Part shown: one piece after another, positions 1 to 10,226 of the stretch
Numbering within the stretch: position 1 is the first letter of the stretch
Layout: each line of letters opens with the position of its first letter
NCBI GenBank assembly: GCA_963781585.1
Contig: CAWAGQ010000011.1
Span: 256,001 to 320,000 of the forward strand
DNA: 64,000 nucleotides
Reading direction: 5' to 3'
DNA from: an uncultured Gemmatimonadaceae bacterium
GTDB taxonomy: Bacteria > Gemmatimonadota > Gemmatimonadetes > Gemmatimonadales > Gemmatimonadaceae
The notes under the pieces: model-generated
What the model was told of the DNA's origin: nothing
Database searches by the model: none
Seen by the model: the letters and a program-made list of their open reading frames with translations, nothing else
Translations under genes and position numbers: made by a program

Positions 1-1941
1 CGGTACGCTGCCGGCGGTGCGCACGACGAGGTTGAGACGCGGCATGTAGCGCTGCGCGAGCGGGACGTAGACGAAATTCCGGGGCGGCTCTGCCAGCGTG
101 CGATATTTCCCGTCGCGCGCGATGCCGATCACCGTGACGGTCCGGTCCTCGTTCCTGAACGTGCGACCCACGGGGTCGTCACTACCATATAGATGGCGCG
201 CGAAGGTCTCGTTGAGAATGGCGACGTCGGTGGCGCCCTGCCGGTCGGCGTCGCTGAAATCGCGGCCGCGCAGCAGCGGGATCCGCATGGTCGCGAAGTA
301 GCCGGGGGTGATGATGTCCCAGTCGGGGTTCCAGCCGCGCCGTTCGTCAGGCGGCTGGCGTCCTTCCACGTCCACTCCGCCGAGTCCCATTCCGCCCCCG
401 CCGAGTGGGAGCATGGCCGTCCAGGCGGCCGCGGTCACCTGGGGCAGCTGGCGGGTGCGTGCGAGAATCTCGCCAGACCTGAGGAGACCCCAGGTCGGGT
501 CGTAATTCGCGAGCTGGAGGTTGAGCGAGGCGACGTCGACGCCGCGCGGATCGAAGCCGGGATCGATGCTGCGCGCGTGGGTGAGGGCGCGCGCGAAGAG
601 TCCGGCCACGATGAGGAGCAGCATGGAGAAGGCGATCTGCGCCACGAGCAATCCGCCGCGCAGTCGCTGGCGTCTGGTGGTGCCCGCGTCGAGCTTGAGT
701 GCCGGCACGAGGTCCGGCCTGGTGCTCTGGAGCGCCGGCACCGCGCCCACGATCAGGCCGGTGACGAGCGAGGCGCCGAGCGCGAAGAGGAAGACGCGCC
801 AATCGAGGCGCGGGTCGAAGTAGAGCTGTACCGGAAGGCGCGGCACCAGGGTCATGAGCGCGCTGATGAGCCAGCGCGCGAGGACGATGCCGATTGCGCC
901 GGCGGCCACGAAGAGCACGAGGCTCTCGGTCACCAGTTGGCGCACCAGTCGCCGGCGCGTGGCGCCAATGGCGAGTCGGACCGCGATCTCGCGCTGCCGC
1001 CCCGCGGCGCGTGCCAGGAGCATCCCGGCGACGTTGGTGCTGGCGATGAGCAGCACCAGCCCGGCGACGGCGAACAGGACGGCGAGGAATCCCCCCACCG
1101 CGCCGCGCATGTCGCCGGGGAAGAGGCTGGCCGGCATGACGCGCACGCCCTGTCCGGCATTCACCTGGGGATAGTCCTGCAGCAGGCGCGCGGCGATGGT
1201 GGAGAGGTCGGCCTGCGCGGCACCGAGCGAAACGTCAGGCGCCAGTCGGCCGACGGCCATGAGCCAGACGTTCTGACGACCGGTGAAGCGCGACTCGTCG
1301 ACGTGGAAGAGGAGGGTGACGGAGTGCAGCGGCACCCACAGGTCGGGCGCGATCACGAACGGCCCCTGGAACCGCTCGGCGGCAACTCCGACGACCGTGA
1401 ACGGGCTTCCGTTGAGGACGATGGCACTTCCCACGATTGAGGAATCGCTGCCGAATCGCTGGCGCCAGAATCGGTGGCTGAGCACGGCGACCGTATTGGT
1501 CGCGGACGGGCCGTCTTCGGAGGGGAGAAAGAAGCGGCCGTAGGCCGATCGTGCCTCGAGGACCTGGAAGAAGCTGCCCGAGACCAGGCCGGCCTGGACC
1601 GCTTCGCCGCCGGAGGGTCCGGCGAGGCTCAGCGGCTGCGGTTGGATCTGGATCGCGGCGAGGCCGGACAGGGTCTTCGTATTGGCGGCGTAGTCGGCGT
1701 AGTTGGGATACGAGAAGTTGTCGAAGCCCGAGCCGTCCTGGGTGCGGCCAACGGTCACGACGCGATCGGCGTGGCCGATACCGGGAGGCGCCTGAAGCAG
1801 CATCGTGTTCGCGAGGGTGACGATGGCTGTGGTGGCGCCGACGCCTATTCCTATGGAAAGGACGACGATCGCAGTGAAGACGGGGCTGCGGTGGACGGCA
1901 CGCAGGGCGGTTCGCACGTCGTGACGGGTGTCGTCAAGCAT
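1..1941 (-). CDS. ADOP-type (MacB/FtsX duplicated) ABC permease, runs off the left edge
   Basis: Hand translation from the ATG at 1941: MLDDTRHDVRTALRAVHRSPVFTAIVVLSIGIGVGATTAI...; later ANVAGMLLARAAGRQREIAVRLAIG and QIAFSMLLLI motifs typical of the family. Not in the ORF track because it has no stop inside the window. Confidence 0.9.
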   Translation of the reverse strand, partial: MLDDTRHDVRTALRAVHRSPVFTAIVVLSIGIGVGATTAIVTLANTMLLQAPPGIGHADRVVTVGRTQDGSGFDNFSYPNYADYAANTKTLSGLAAIQIQPQPLSLAGPSGGEAVQAGLVSGSFFQVLEARSAYGRFFLPSEDGPSATNTVAVLSHRFWRQRFGSDSSIVGSAIVLNGSPFTVVGVAAERFQGPFVIAPDLWVPLHSVTLLFHVDESRFTGRQNVWLMAVGRLAPDVSLGAAQADLSTIAARLLQDYPQVNAGQGVRVMPASLFPGDMRGAVGGFLAVLFAVAGLVLLIASTNVAGMLLARAAGRQREIAVRLAIGATRRRLVRQLVTESLVLFVAAGAIGIVLARWLISALMTLVPRLPVQLYFDPRLDWRVFLFALGASLVTGLIVGAVPALQSTRPDLVPALKLDAGTTRRQRLRGGLLVAQIAFSMLLLIVAGLFARALTHARSIDPGFDPRGVDVASLNLQLANYDPTWGLLRSGEILARTRQLPQVTAAAWTAMLPLGGGGMGLGGVDVEGRQPPDERRGWNPDWDIITPGYFATMRIPLLRGRDFSDADRQGATDVAILNETFARHLYGSDDPVGRTFRNEDRTVTVIGIARDGKYRTLAEPPRNFVYVPLAQRYMPRLNLVVRTAGSVP

Positions 1942-2190
1942 GGGGGCGCCGATCGGGAGAAAGGTTCTGGGCACAACGCGCGAGCGGGGGGCCGGGTTTC
2001 AGGATGGAGTTCAGGTGCAGCCTTGCCCGAGCCCCGAGTCAGTGGATACATCGTCTTGCGGTTGTGGACGTTGCGACGGTGATTTCAATTGGTTTCCGTT
2101 ATACGACACAAAGGCGTCTGTGGCCAGGTGGAGCTGACTCCACAACTTCCTCGCGTGTACTCTCGTTCGCGGTCTCTCTCGGAGGCACCG

Positions 2191-2652
2191 ATGCTTCGTT
2201 ACTTGACCGTCGTCGGCGTTGCTTGGCTCTTCGTCGGATTCCCCACGGCGTCAAGCGGTCGACTGACTACTCCAGGCAGTTTCCAGCAATCCGACACGCT
2301 CACGCTGGCCTCGGGGGACACGTTGGCCTCCACCCTCCGCATCGTCTTCCCCGGCTATCGTGATCTCATGGGTCGAATCGAGCTACGAACCGAGTGGCTG
2401 AGCGTGCATCCGGATACACTGGAACTCCCTTCGCCGGCGGTGCTGGTGTTGAAGCCCGGGCCGATCGACTTTCAGCTCCGTGCGCCGGCCGGGGATCCCG
2501 CTCTTCGGATCGCATTCCACTACGCTGTGGCAGGGGCAACCACGCAGACGTACTGCGTTGCGGAAGGTTCGACATTGCGAGTGCTTCGCGACGTGGGTAT
2601 GGACCGCCCGAAAGTCCTTCCTGACCGTGCACTCGAGTGCCACATGCGTTAG
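2191..2652 (+). CDS. Hypothetical secreted protein
   Basis: GGAGG RBS before ATG 2191; hydrophobic signal-like N-terminus MLRYLTVVGVAWLFVG; within ORF 2089..2652. Confidence 0.6.
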   Translation: MLRYLTVVGVAWLFVGFPTASSGRLTTPGSFQQSDTLTLASGDTLASTLRIVFPGYRDLMGRIELRTEWLSVHPDTLELPSPAVLVLKPGPIDFQLRAPAGDPALRIAFHYAVAGATTQTYCVAEGSTLRVLRDVGMDRPKVLPDRALECHMR

Positions 2653-2819
2653 GACTTCGGGATCCAGCACCGTCGCTTCTCTGCGGCCTGTTCCGCCCAC
2701 CAGCAGACGTGCCGAGGACGGAGACCGGCCTGGGTTGACAGCATCTCCGCCGCCTCCAGGTCCTCTCGAGCAAAGCGAAGCCATCGGCGCACCTCGTCGC
2801 GGACATCAGGGCTGTTCAT
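2649..2819 (-). pseudogene. Truncated HEPN-domain toxin (N-terminal half only, 56 aa)
   Basis: Hand translation MNSPDVRDEVRRWLRFAREDLEAAEMLSTQAGLRPRHVCWWAEQAAEKRRCWIPKS*. Matches the HEPN N-terminus pattern (W..A.EDL..A...C..A.QAAEK) and overlaps the MNT stop. Confidence 0.75.
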
Positions 2820-3123
2820 AAAGGACCCTGCCTTCGCGCAAGGCCGGCCTCAGTACGCTGCCGACCATGTTGCCCCGTCGCGCTATCTCGTCAGGCGTCG
2901 TCACTATGATGTCCTTGCTGACCAGCATATCGCGAAGGGCGCGGCGAATCTCCACGGCCATCCTCCGCTTGTCGGGTGCGTCGCGGAGCACGACGAGCAG
3001 GTCAATATCGCTCTCGTCGGTGGCCGTGCCACGGGCATGGGACCCAAAGAGGATGATCCGGAGCGGATGGAACTGCCGCACGATGCGCTCGACGGTGTCC
3101 TGAATGGTCCGCTCCGCAGTCAT
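2806..3123 (-). CDS. Minimal nucleotidyltransferase (MNT) antitoxin
   Basis: 105 aa, LFGSHARG...SDIDLLVV Pol-beta NTase motif, LREGRVLYE C-terminus. Confidence 0.9.
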   Translation of the reverse strand: MTAERTIQDTVERIVRQFHPLRIILFGSHARGTATDESDIDLLVVLRDAPDKRRMAVEIRRALRDMLVSKDIIVTTPDEIARRGNMVGSVLRPALREGRVLYEQP

Positions 3124-3184
3124 GTGGCTCCGCTAGGTGAAGAGGCGGGGTGGCTTCGTCGGAAGCCCTGTCGTCGCCGCCACA

Positions 3185-3484
3185 CTATGGCGGTTCCGTT
3201 TCTGAAGGATCCCATGCGCGTCGCACATGCCTGACTGTCAGGATGACAATTCTGTCCGGTTCGCGCCGGTAGACGACTCGGTACGGGTGCACGATCAGTT
3301 CTCGAATCTCCCGGCGTCCGGCTTCGGGGGTCATTCGACCCAGATCGGGGTGACGTATGAGCTGTTCCACCCGGTCGAGAACGCGATTGAGCCATCGTAC
3401 GGCTGCTGCACGGCGACGGGCTGCAATGTAATCGAAGGCCTCTGTGACGCGCGCTTCGGCAAGCGGCGCCCAGACGACTTTCAC
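3185..3484 (-). CDS. RelE/ParE family type II toxin
   Basis: 99 aa, MKVVWAPLA...PDLGRMTPE...IRELIVHPYRVVYR...ILTVRHVRR; 4-nt overlap with the upstream antitoxin. Confidence 0.88.
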   Translation of the reverse strand: MKVVWAPLAEARVTEAFDYIAARRRAAAVRWLNRVLDRVEQLIRHPDLGRMTPEAGRREIRELIVHPYRVVYRREPDRIVILTVRHVRRAWDPSETEPP

Positions 3485-3762
3485 TTGAGCAGTCTGGCGC
3501 GAAGCCGTTTCGCGACTGTCTTGTGCGGGCTGGCCTTTGCTCTCGCCACTTGCCCTTCGGCGGTCCTGATGTCGCGCAAGAGGGCCAGCTCATCGAGCAG
3601 TTCCTCATAGACACCGACGTCGAGCAGCACTGCGGCGCTCCGTCCGTGTTGCGTGAGAATGACGGGACGCCGAGTGCTCTGTACCTGGTCAATCACGGTG
3701 GAGGCGTTCGCCCGGAATTCGGTTACGGGGCGGACGTCTTCGGAAGGGCGCCAGCTGGACAT
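3481..3762 (-). CDS. Phd/YefM family antitoxin
   Basis: 93 aa, VTEFRANAS.VIDQV...RPVILTQHGRSAAVLLDV..YEEL. Confidence 0.9.
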   Translation of the reverse strand: MSSWRPSEDVRPVTEFRANASTVIDQVQSTRRPVILTQHGRSAAVLLDVGVYEELLDELALLRDIRTAEGQVARAKASPHKTVAKRLRARLLK

Positions 3763-3787
3763 GACATTACTCCATCGATGGGTGCGC

Positions 3788-3826
3788 TATTACGTACATA
3801 ATACCGTACTGGTTGACGACTGTCGA
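3788..3826 (-). promoter_or_regulatory. Sigma70-like promoter with palindromic operator of the TA operon
   Basis: Minus strand TCGACA(3826-3821)-17 nt-TATTAT(3803-3798); 16-bp near-palindrome TATTACGTACATAATA (3788-3803) overlaps the -10. Confidence 0.65.
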
Positions 3827-4130
3827 GCCCGGAGTGGTCGCGAAGTCCTGGCCGACCGGGTTCAGGGTGTGGCATCCTGTGTTGGATGGCCCGCGCGCAC
3901 CGTGACCAGCCCCGACCAGCATCCGCCGCCTGGCACCCGAGCCTTCCGGAAGATGGAAGCTGAATGCCGGCTCGTCTGCGACACCCGCGTCCAGACAACG
4001 CTGCCGCCCCCACACAGTTGTAACTGAGAGGCTTGGTGGGCCATTCTCCTTCGGGTGGGAGCGCGCCAGGGGGAAGGCAGCTCGACAGCAGCACCAGGGC
4101 CATCGCGATGCACGCGAGAGGAGGTGTCCG

Positions 4131-5306
4131 ATGCGTGACCACAGGAATCCCGGGCCGAAGGCGAGCGCCGATTGGCGATTCGCGAGCGAGAGATGCTTCG
4201 AGTGGTCGCGTCTCGTCAGCCTGTTGACCGCAACGTGCGTGAGTCATGCTCTTCTCGCGCAGGATGTACCGGTTGTGGAGGTGCCTGACGCCCCGAGCTG
4301 CCCGCGGTGCACCATATCGATCGACACTCTGGCGGTCCTCGGCACGCCGGACGGACCGGGATCGCTGAGTGGGATTCCCTCAATGGTGCGCGTCGACAGC
4401 AAGGGGCGCTACTGGGTGTTCGATCCCCAAACGCAGATTCGCGTGTTCGCCGCGGATGGCGTCTTTCTGCAAGGCGTCGGCGGTCACGGGCGTGGCCCTG
4501 GCGAGTTCGTCTACCCCGGGGATGCATTTCCGGTGAGCGGTGATTCGATGGTGGTGCTCGACGGCATCATGCGTGCGACCGTTGTCGGGCCGGATCTGGT
4601 GCCAGGACGGATGATTCAGCTGTTCCATATTCTGTCTCCCGCCGTGGCGCTCCATTGGCCCGACGTCGTGGTGGTGCACGGAGAGGTCAATACGCCGGGT
4701 GGAGCAGGATGGCCGTTGCATGGCGCGTCGTTCGCGGGGGCGGACCTGGAGCTGGGCGCGTCATTCGGGCCCGAGCGCGGCGAGCGGCGGCCCGGCAGAT
4801 TCGAGCACGTGAAGCAGCTGGTTGCGCCTGCGCGGGGTGCCGGATTCTGGACCGCGGATCAGGTGCGGTATCGGATTCACCGATGGAGCATGTCGCTCGT
4901 GAGGCAGCAGACGCTCGAGCGTCGTCCACCCTGGTTCGCTGAAGAATCCATCTACTGGGTCGGGAACAAGACCACGCATCCGCCGCCTCTGGTGAAGGGC
5001 ATCAGCGAGGATAGCGCGGGGATGGTCTGGTGTCTTGTCGGCATTCCCTCCGCGAACTGGAAGAGCGCGTGGCCAGACTACCCGGAAGGCACGAAGGAGC
5101 TGTCGGCGAGGAGCGTCTCGATCGAGAAGCTCTATGACACGGCGATCGAGGTTATCGATCCGGGAGCCGGTCGAGTCGTCGCCCGTCGTGTGCTGCAGAG
5201 CTTCCCGATGGGAGCATTGCCCGATGGGCGCGCGGCACTGTACGGACTCGATGCCAATGACACTCCGCGTGTGGCGATCATCCGGCTGCGCGTTGTTGGC
5301 CGATAG
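4131..5306 (+). CDS. Secreted 6-bladed beta-propeller (NHL-like) protein
   Basis: Signal-like segment ending ALLAQ; VDSKGRYWVFD and GGHGRGPGEF motifs; start uncertain. Confidence 0.75.
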   Translation: MRDHRNPGPKASADWRFASERCFEWSRLVSLLTATCVSHALLAQDVPVVEVPDAPSCPRCTISIDTLAVLGTPDGPGSLSGIPSMVRVDSKGRYWVFDPQTQIRVFAADGVFLQGVGGHGRGPGEFVYPGDAFPVSGDSMVVLDGIMRATVVGPDLVPGRMIQLFHILSPAVALHWPDVVVVHGEVNTPGGAGWPLHGASFAGADLELGASFGPERGERRPGRFEHVKQLVAPARGAGFWTADQVRYRIHRWSMSLVRQQTLERRPPWFAEESIYWVGNKTTHPPPLVKGISEDSAGMVWCLVGIPSANWKSAWPDYPEGTKELSARSVSIEKLYDTAIEVIDPGAGRVVARRVLQSFPMGALPDGRAALYGLDANDTPRVAIIRLRVVGR

Positions 5307-5359
5307 GTCGGCGATAGAAGCTCATATCACCCGGCCGGCGCTTCGACCGACAACGCTCT

Positions 5360-6290
5360 TCAGTTCTTCAGCCATATGTACACGAACGACACCAACCCCG
5401 GGCGTGCGCGAACCTTGTATCTCACAGAGTACTTGCTGTCGGAAATGATCGCCATGTGCGCCCAGACTCCACACGGGGGTCTCCGAACTGCACCCGCAGG
5501 CCGGGCTGGCTGGCGAGTTCGCTGTCCTGGTCACCGCTCCCGTAGACTTCCACCATCGCCACGTCCTCGGCCAGGAAGTCCTTGAGGCGCATTTGCGGTG
5601 CCGGTATGCCGTTCAGGAAAACGCATTCGTCGTTCACGATGGTCAGGCCCTTCATCAGGAACGACGGCGAGTACCGCAGCGCGACATCCAGCGTCTTCCC
5701 ACCGCGCGGTGCGAGCTCCGGCCGAGGCACGATGACGGAATTCGGCACCGATCGCCGGTCCAGCCGCATCTTCATGTCAATGAACAATTGCTCGGCGTTT
5801 CTGTTGGCCTTGGTGGCGGGACGGTCGAGCGCCAACGAGAGCTCGACGGCGTCCCTTTCCGGGACGACGACCGAGAGGAAGAGCGTCTTGAATCCCGCGT
5901 GGATCGCCCGCACCACGTAGGCGCCGGGACGGATGTTCGGAAAGGAGAACCTGCCATCGGCGCCCGTCGGCGTTCTGGTGCGCGTTTCCAGTACCTGGAC
6001 GTCGACGCCACTGAGGGTACTCAGGTCGGTCCCAACAACAGTGGCGCCGAACATGCCCGTGCGATGGGCGACCACCGCCAGCGTGTCCAGCTGAAACGCC
6101 AGTTGTGCCAGGACGATCGTGACCTCGAGGCCGGCCTCCGGCACGTCGACGGAGCGCTCGTCAGGCTGGTGCCCGACCCACACCGTGCGAAGTTCGTGCG
6201 GACCGGGGGCAACGTTCGCGAAGCGGAAGCGACCCTGCGTGTCAGCGCCCGTGACGCGGCTGCGGATACGACCGCGGCAGCGCAACGCAT
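5360..6290 (-). pseudogene. Carboxypeptidase-regulatory-like domain protein, disrupted (N-terminal deletion plus C-terminal frameshift)
   Basis: Paralogue of 9097 and 25378. ATG 6290 (GAGGGA RBS) is out of frame with the body, which lacks the signal peptide and first strands. Adding one base at the G5 run 5475-5479 restores ...CGVW...RPGLVSFVYIWLKN* (stop 5360-5362), matching the paralogue end RPGTVTFVYIWLKH. Confidence 0.75.
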
Positions 6291-6543
6291 GGCGGGTTCC
6301 CTCAATGCGTGGGGTTGGACGGACCCGGTGGCATCGACGTCTGAGCAGTCACATATACTGTTCGGCTTGGCGCAGGTTCCGGCCCGGCCCGCACGCTGGA
6401 AACGACCGGCTTCGCACGCTGCAGGGGAGTCCAGTCATTCTCGAAGGACGGGCGCGACCACGCCAACGTTGTGTTGGAGGGCACGAGGCTCGATGCGCAC
6501 GCGAACAAGTTCGCTCAGGTTCGGGAGGCTTTGGACAGCACGC

Positions 6544-7671
6544 ATGCGACGGACTCTCCGTGCATGCGCCTGCGTCATCACCGTCGTCGTGGGCGCCCCG
6601 CCTCAGCGCGCGATCGGGCAACAAGAGTGGTCCCTGATCGAAGACCTGCGAATCGGCTCGGAATCGGACACCGCGACGGAGTTCTCCGACATTCGGGGCA
6701 TTGCGGTGGGTGCCGACGGCCGGATCTTCGTGCTGGACTTCCAGACGCAGACCATTCGCATGTTCGACGCGAATGGCCGGCTCCTGAAACGCATTGCGCG
6801 ACGGGGCGGGGGTCCCGGTGAGATTCGCGCGGCGAATGGCATGGCGGTGGCGCGAAATGGCGACCTGTGGGTAGACGATCCGGGCAACGGCCGCTTCAGC
6901 GTCTTTTCCGCTGAGGGCGAATTCCTCACGCAGCACCCGATGGTTGCCAGAAGCGTGTCGTGGACATGGGATGCGGCCCTCACGTCGTCAGGCGACCTCT
7001 ACGAGTTCACCGTAGTCGGTACGGCTGCGGGAAGACAGGCGGCGCTTCTGCGGTTTGCATCCGATGGCTCGGTGAGAGACACGCTCGCGGTCCCGCCGTG
7101 TGCTTCGAAGGAGTTGAAGGCCTCCGAAGCCGAATTCGAAGGACATGGCCCGGGCGGACGGCGAATCCTGCTGGGTATTCCCTACCTGGTGCGTCCGGTT
7201 ACCGTGCTGGATGCTCAGGGGACTCTCTGGTGTTCGTCTCGGGATAGGTACGAGGTGTTGCGGTTGGGCCTTCCCGGCCTCGACACTCTGGCTCGGATTG
7301 AGCGCGACGACCGCCCGCTTCCCATCGCCCGCGCGGAGCGTGACGCCGCCGTAGTGGCGATACGCGAAATCTTTCGACGCTCCGGCGCACCGGAACCCGA
7401 CTACACCCGGATTCCACGGGTTCGACCGGCCATCGAGCAGCTCGACGTGGATGACCAGGGGCGTGTCTGGGTCCGTCGCGCTTCCAGCGACACCGCGCCG
7501 ACGCACTTCGACGTGTGGGACTCGGCCGGCCGGCTGGTGGCCGTCGCAACGCTACCGGTTGCGGTTTCGGGGTTTCCGGAGCACGTGATCATTCGAGCGG
7601 ACCGGATGTACGCGGTAGTCGTCGACCAGAACGACGTCCCGCGTGTGATTCGAGCTCGCATTCGCCGTTGA
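6544..7671 (+). CDS. Secreted 6-bladed beta-propeller protein
   Basis: Likely start MRRTLRACAC at 6544 inside ORF 5593..7671; EDLRIG, IAVGADGRIFVLD, RRGGGPGEI, VDDQGRVWV, DQNDVPRVIR motifs. Confidence 0.85.
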   Translation: MRRTLRACACVITVVVGAPPQRAIGQQEWSLIEDLRIGSESDTATEFSDIRGIAVGADGRIFVLDFQTQTIRMFDANGRLLKRIARRGGGPGEIRAANGMAVARNGDLWVDDPGNGRFSVFSAEGEFLTQHPMVARSVSWTWDAALTSSGDLYEFTVVGTAAGRQAALLRFASDGSVRDTLAVPPCASKELKASEAEFEGHGPGGRRILLGIPYLVRPVTVLDAQGTLWCSSRDRYEVLRLGLPGLDTLARIERDDRPLPIARAERDAAVVAIREIFRRSGAPEPDYTRIPRVRPAIEQLDVDDQGRVWVRRASSDTAPTHFDVWDSAGRLVAVATLPVAVSGFPEHVIIRADRMYAVVVDQNDVPRVIRARIRR

Positions 7672-7679
7672 AGGCCGGC

Positions 7680-8773
7680 TCACGGCCATGGATATCGCCG
7701 GAGTTGCTCCACGCCGTCGTCATCGGTGAGGGCAGTGAAGATCCAGCGCGCACCGGAACCGACAACGCGGCCCGCCTTCGCCAGTTCGAGGCGACCGGTG
7801 AGTCGACCTTCCGATCGACGAGGTCGTAGCGCTGCACGTTGTCATCCGTCAGCGCAACGCGATGGATGAGCACTTTGCCGTCCGGCGCCGCAAAGAGGGC
7901 GGCTCTCTGAAATGGCGGCACATACTCAGGCCAATCGGGAAGAATACTGGTCGGTGCGTCCCTGAACGGGGCGAGATCGCGCGCGAGCACCATGCGCTTG
8001 ATCCGTTCGTCGACGCGGACCGCCGCGGTATCCAGATTCGCACCGCGGATCATCCGGCCATCTGCTGCCCGCCAGTCGATTCGGTAGGGATTCAGACGAG
8101 CCAAGGCGATCCATCCGTCAGGGAACAGCAGCGCCTGCTCGTCGACAAGTAGCGGGTTGGCCACGAACGCTAACGCCCCACCGCGCGACGGCGCGACACG
8201 ATTCAAGCGGATGTTGGCGCTCCGGAGGCGCGCCACGGTGTCCACCCGAAAGACCGCCAATGTGCCCCGAACAAGCACCACGGAATCGGGACGGCTATGA
8301 GAAACCCGAATGGGAGGACCACGCACGGCCAGGAGGTGTCCGGCGCGATCACCTCCGGCGAGGTGCAGTCCGAAGGTAGCGACGCGAGCGTCGGTGGAAG
8401 ACACAGTCGCGACGATGCGATCGTGGGCCAGCACCAACCATCGGCTGAGATCGGAATCGGGGGCAAGCGTGGAATCGACTCCGAGCGAAACGAGATCGCC
8501 AAGCGCTTCGTACTCTCCAGGTCCGCGACCGATGCGGCTGATTTCTGCAATGCGCCTCGGCGGCCATTGCAAGTGGACGAGACGTCTATCATGCACGTCC
8601 GTCACAAGCAACGTCCCATCCTGCAACTCGCGAACGGCGCCGACTCGCGAGAACTCCTCCTGGAAGGTCTCGCCGCCGCTCAGACGGATTGGCGCGTACC
8701 CCTGGGCGAGCGCAAGCCACAGCGGCCAGCACGTGAACAGCCAAACCCAACTCGAGCCGATTAGTCGCGTCAA
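7680..8773 (-). CDS. Secreted beta-propeller protein with apparent 1-nt frameshift near 7807
   Basis: RIGRGPGEY and APDGKVLI motifs. One extra G at AAGG (plus-strand CC 7807-7808) gives ...DRKGRLTGRLEL...TDDDGVEQLRRYPWP* ending at 7680, 8 nt from the convergent gene's stop. Confidence 0.75.
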
Positions 8774-9096
8774 GCGGACCAGGTTCCTTCACCGGGTATG
8801 GGACGCACCATGGCATCTCCCGCGATCGGGAGAGAGAACTTGCAAGGATCCGTGATCCAGCTAGCACCGGAACCGGACGATGGCCCTAGCCGGGCTTCAA
8901 CGCCATCGCGGCGCCGCCTTTCTGCTACGGGCTTCCCGGACCGTTCGTTCCTCGCCCGGTCGGAGCGAAGGTCCATCGAGCCGCCCGGAGAATCAGGAAG
9001 CCGCCGGCCTGGCCGACTGGCGAACCTTGCGGTGGTCCGGTGTAGCATCAACTTCGAGTCCTGAGCGCCAGGTCATCCGCGCCGATTCTTTCTGGC

Positions 9097-10209
9097 ATGA
9101 GCATCCGTCTGATTCTTCCAGCCATCGTGCTGAGCCTCGCGGCGGGGGCCGTACCGCTCGCTGCGCAACGCGACGTCGTCGTGGCCGGCACTGTGCGCGA
9201 CGAAGCGGGAAATCCGATCGAGGACGCCCTCGTGGTCCTGGATGCGAGCTCGGATCGGCGACTCACCAGAAGCGACTCGACGGGCCGCTTCCGCTTCGAC
9301 CGCGTGCCGGTGGGCCCGCACGAACTTGCCACGGCCTACCTGCGCTTCGTGACCGACCTCCGGACGATCGATGTGGGCGCCGATGGCCTCGAGGTCGACA
9401 TCACTCTGCGACGGAACACGGCGCTCCTGGACACCGTGCACGTGGTGACCCAACGGACGGGCGTGCACGGCCTGCTGATCGCGCACGAGGACATCACACC
9501 ACTGGCCGGTGGTGAGGTGCAGTTGCTCGGCGCGAACCTGCACGCAAAGACCGGAGCGGATGGACGCTTCGATTTCCCCAGGGTCAGGCCCGGCGGGTAC
9601 GTGGTGTACGTGAAGCGCGACGGCTACCAGTCGCGGATGCTGTCGATCGTGGTTCCGCGCGACAGTGCGGTGGACCTCGCCCTGAACGTGGACCGCTCCA
9701 CGTCGCAGTCCGACAAGCGGCTGGAGATGGTCCTGCACGAGTTCGACCGTCGCAAGACGTGGGCGGTCCACGGGAACGCTGCCCTGATTCCGCGGCAGGA
9801 ACTGTCGGCGCACTCCGGACAACAGTTGGGGAGCGCGCTGCGCTATTCGATGACGTTCCTGATCAAGGGGCTGGTGGTCGATGACAGCACGTGCGTGTAC
9901 ATCAACGGCATCTTCCAGCCCTCGTTGTCCGTCGACGACATCCCGGTCCAGGGGATCGAGGCGGTGGAAGTGTACGGCACGAATTCCGACTTCACCGGCA
10001 CGGTCACGTACCGGCACGGTGAGCGACCCTCGCGCCTGCCGCCAAGGGCGATCTGCGGCTCGGGGTCGCCGCGCAGCGAAGCGGCGATCGGGCTGGAGGA
10101 CCTGGCGAAGCAGGTGCAGACCATGGGCCCAGGAGGCAAGAACAAATTGCCCGGCGCACGCGGAAATCCGGCCCGCGCGGAGGCGATCGTCATCTGGGTC
10201 AGGCCGTAG
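9097..10209 (+). CDS. Secreted protein with two carboxypeptidase-regulatory-like domains and a TonB-plug-like C-terminus
   Basis: Signal peptide ending LAAQ; GTVRDEAGNPIEDA, GRFRFDRV, TGADGRFDF; IEAVEVY and C-terminal IVIW motif. Confidence 0.8.
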   Translation: MSIRLILPAIVLSLAAGAVPLAAQRDVVVAGTVRDEAGNPIEDALVVLDASSDRRLTRSDSTGRFRFDRVPVGPHELATAYLRFVTDLRTIDVGADGLEVDITLRRNTALLDTVHVVTQRTGVHGLLIAHEDITPLAGGEVQLLGANLHAKTGADGRFDFPRVRPGGYVVYVKRDGYQSRMLSIVVPRDSAVDLALNVDRSTSQSDKRLEMVLHEFDRRKTWAVHGNAALIPRQELSAHSGQQLGSALRYSMTFLIKGLVVDDSTCVYINGIFQPSLSVDDIPVQGIEAVEVYGTNSDFTGTVTYRHGERPSRLPPRAICGSGSPRSEAAIGLEDLAKQVQTMGPGGKNKLPGARGNPARAEAIVIWVRP

Positions 10210-10226
10210 CCTGACCAGACGCCCCG

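Noticed and set aside
193..2082. Plus-strand ORFs 193..1440 and 1474..2082
   Set aside because: Antisense shadows of the minus-strand ADOP permease; stop-poor frames are expected at this GC.
3723..4247. Minus-strand lipoprotein-like ORF (MALVLLSSC...)
   Set aside because: Overlaps the TA promoter and neighbouring genes, and the sequence after the lipobox-like motif is not convincingly protein-like.
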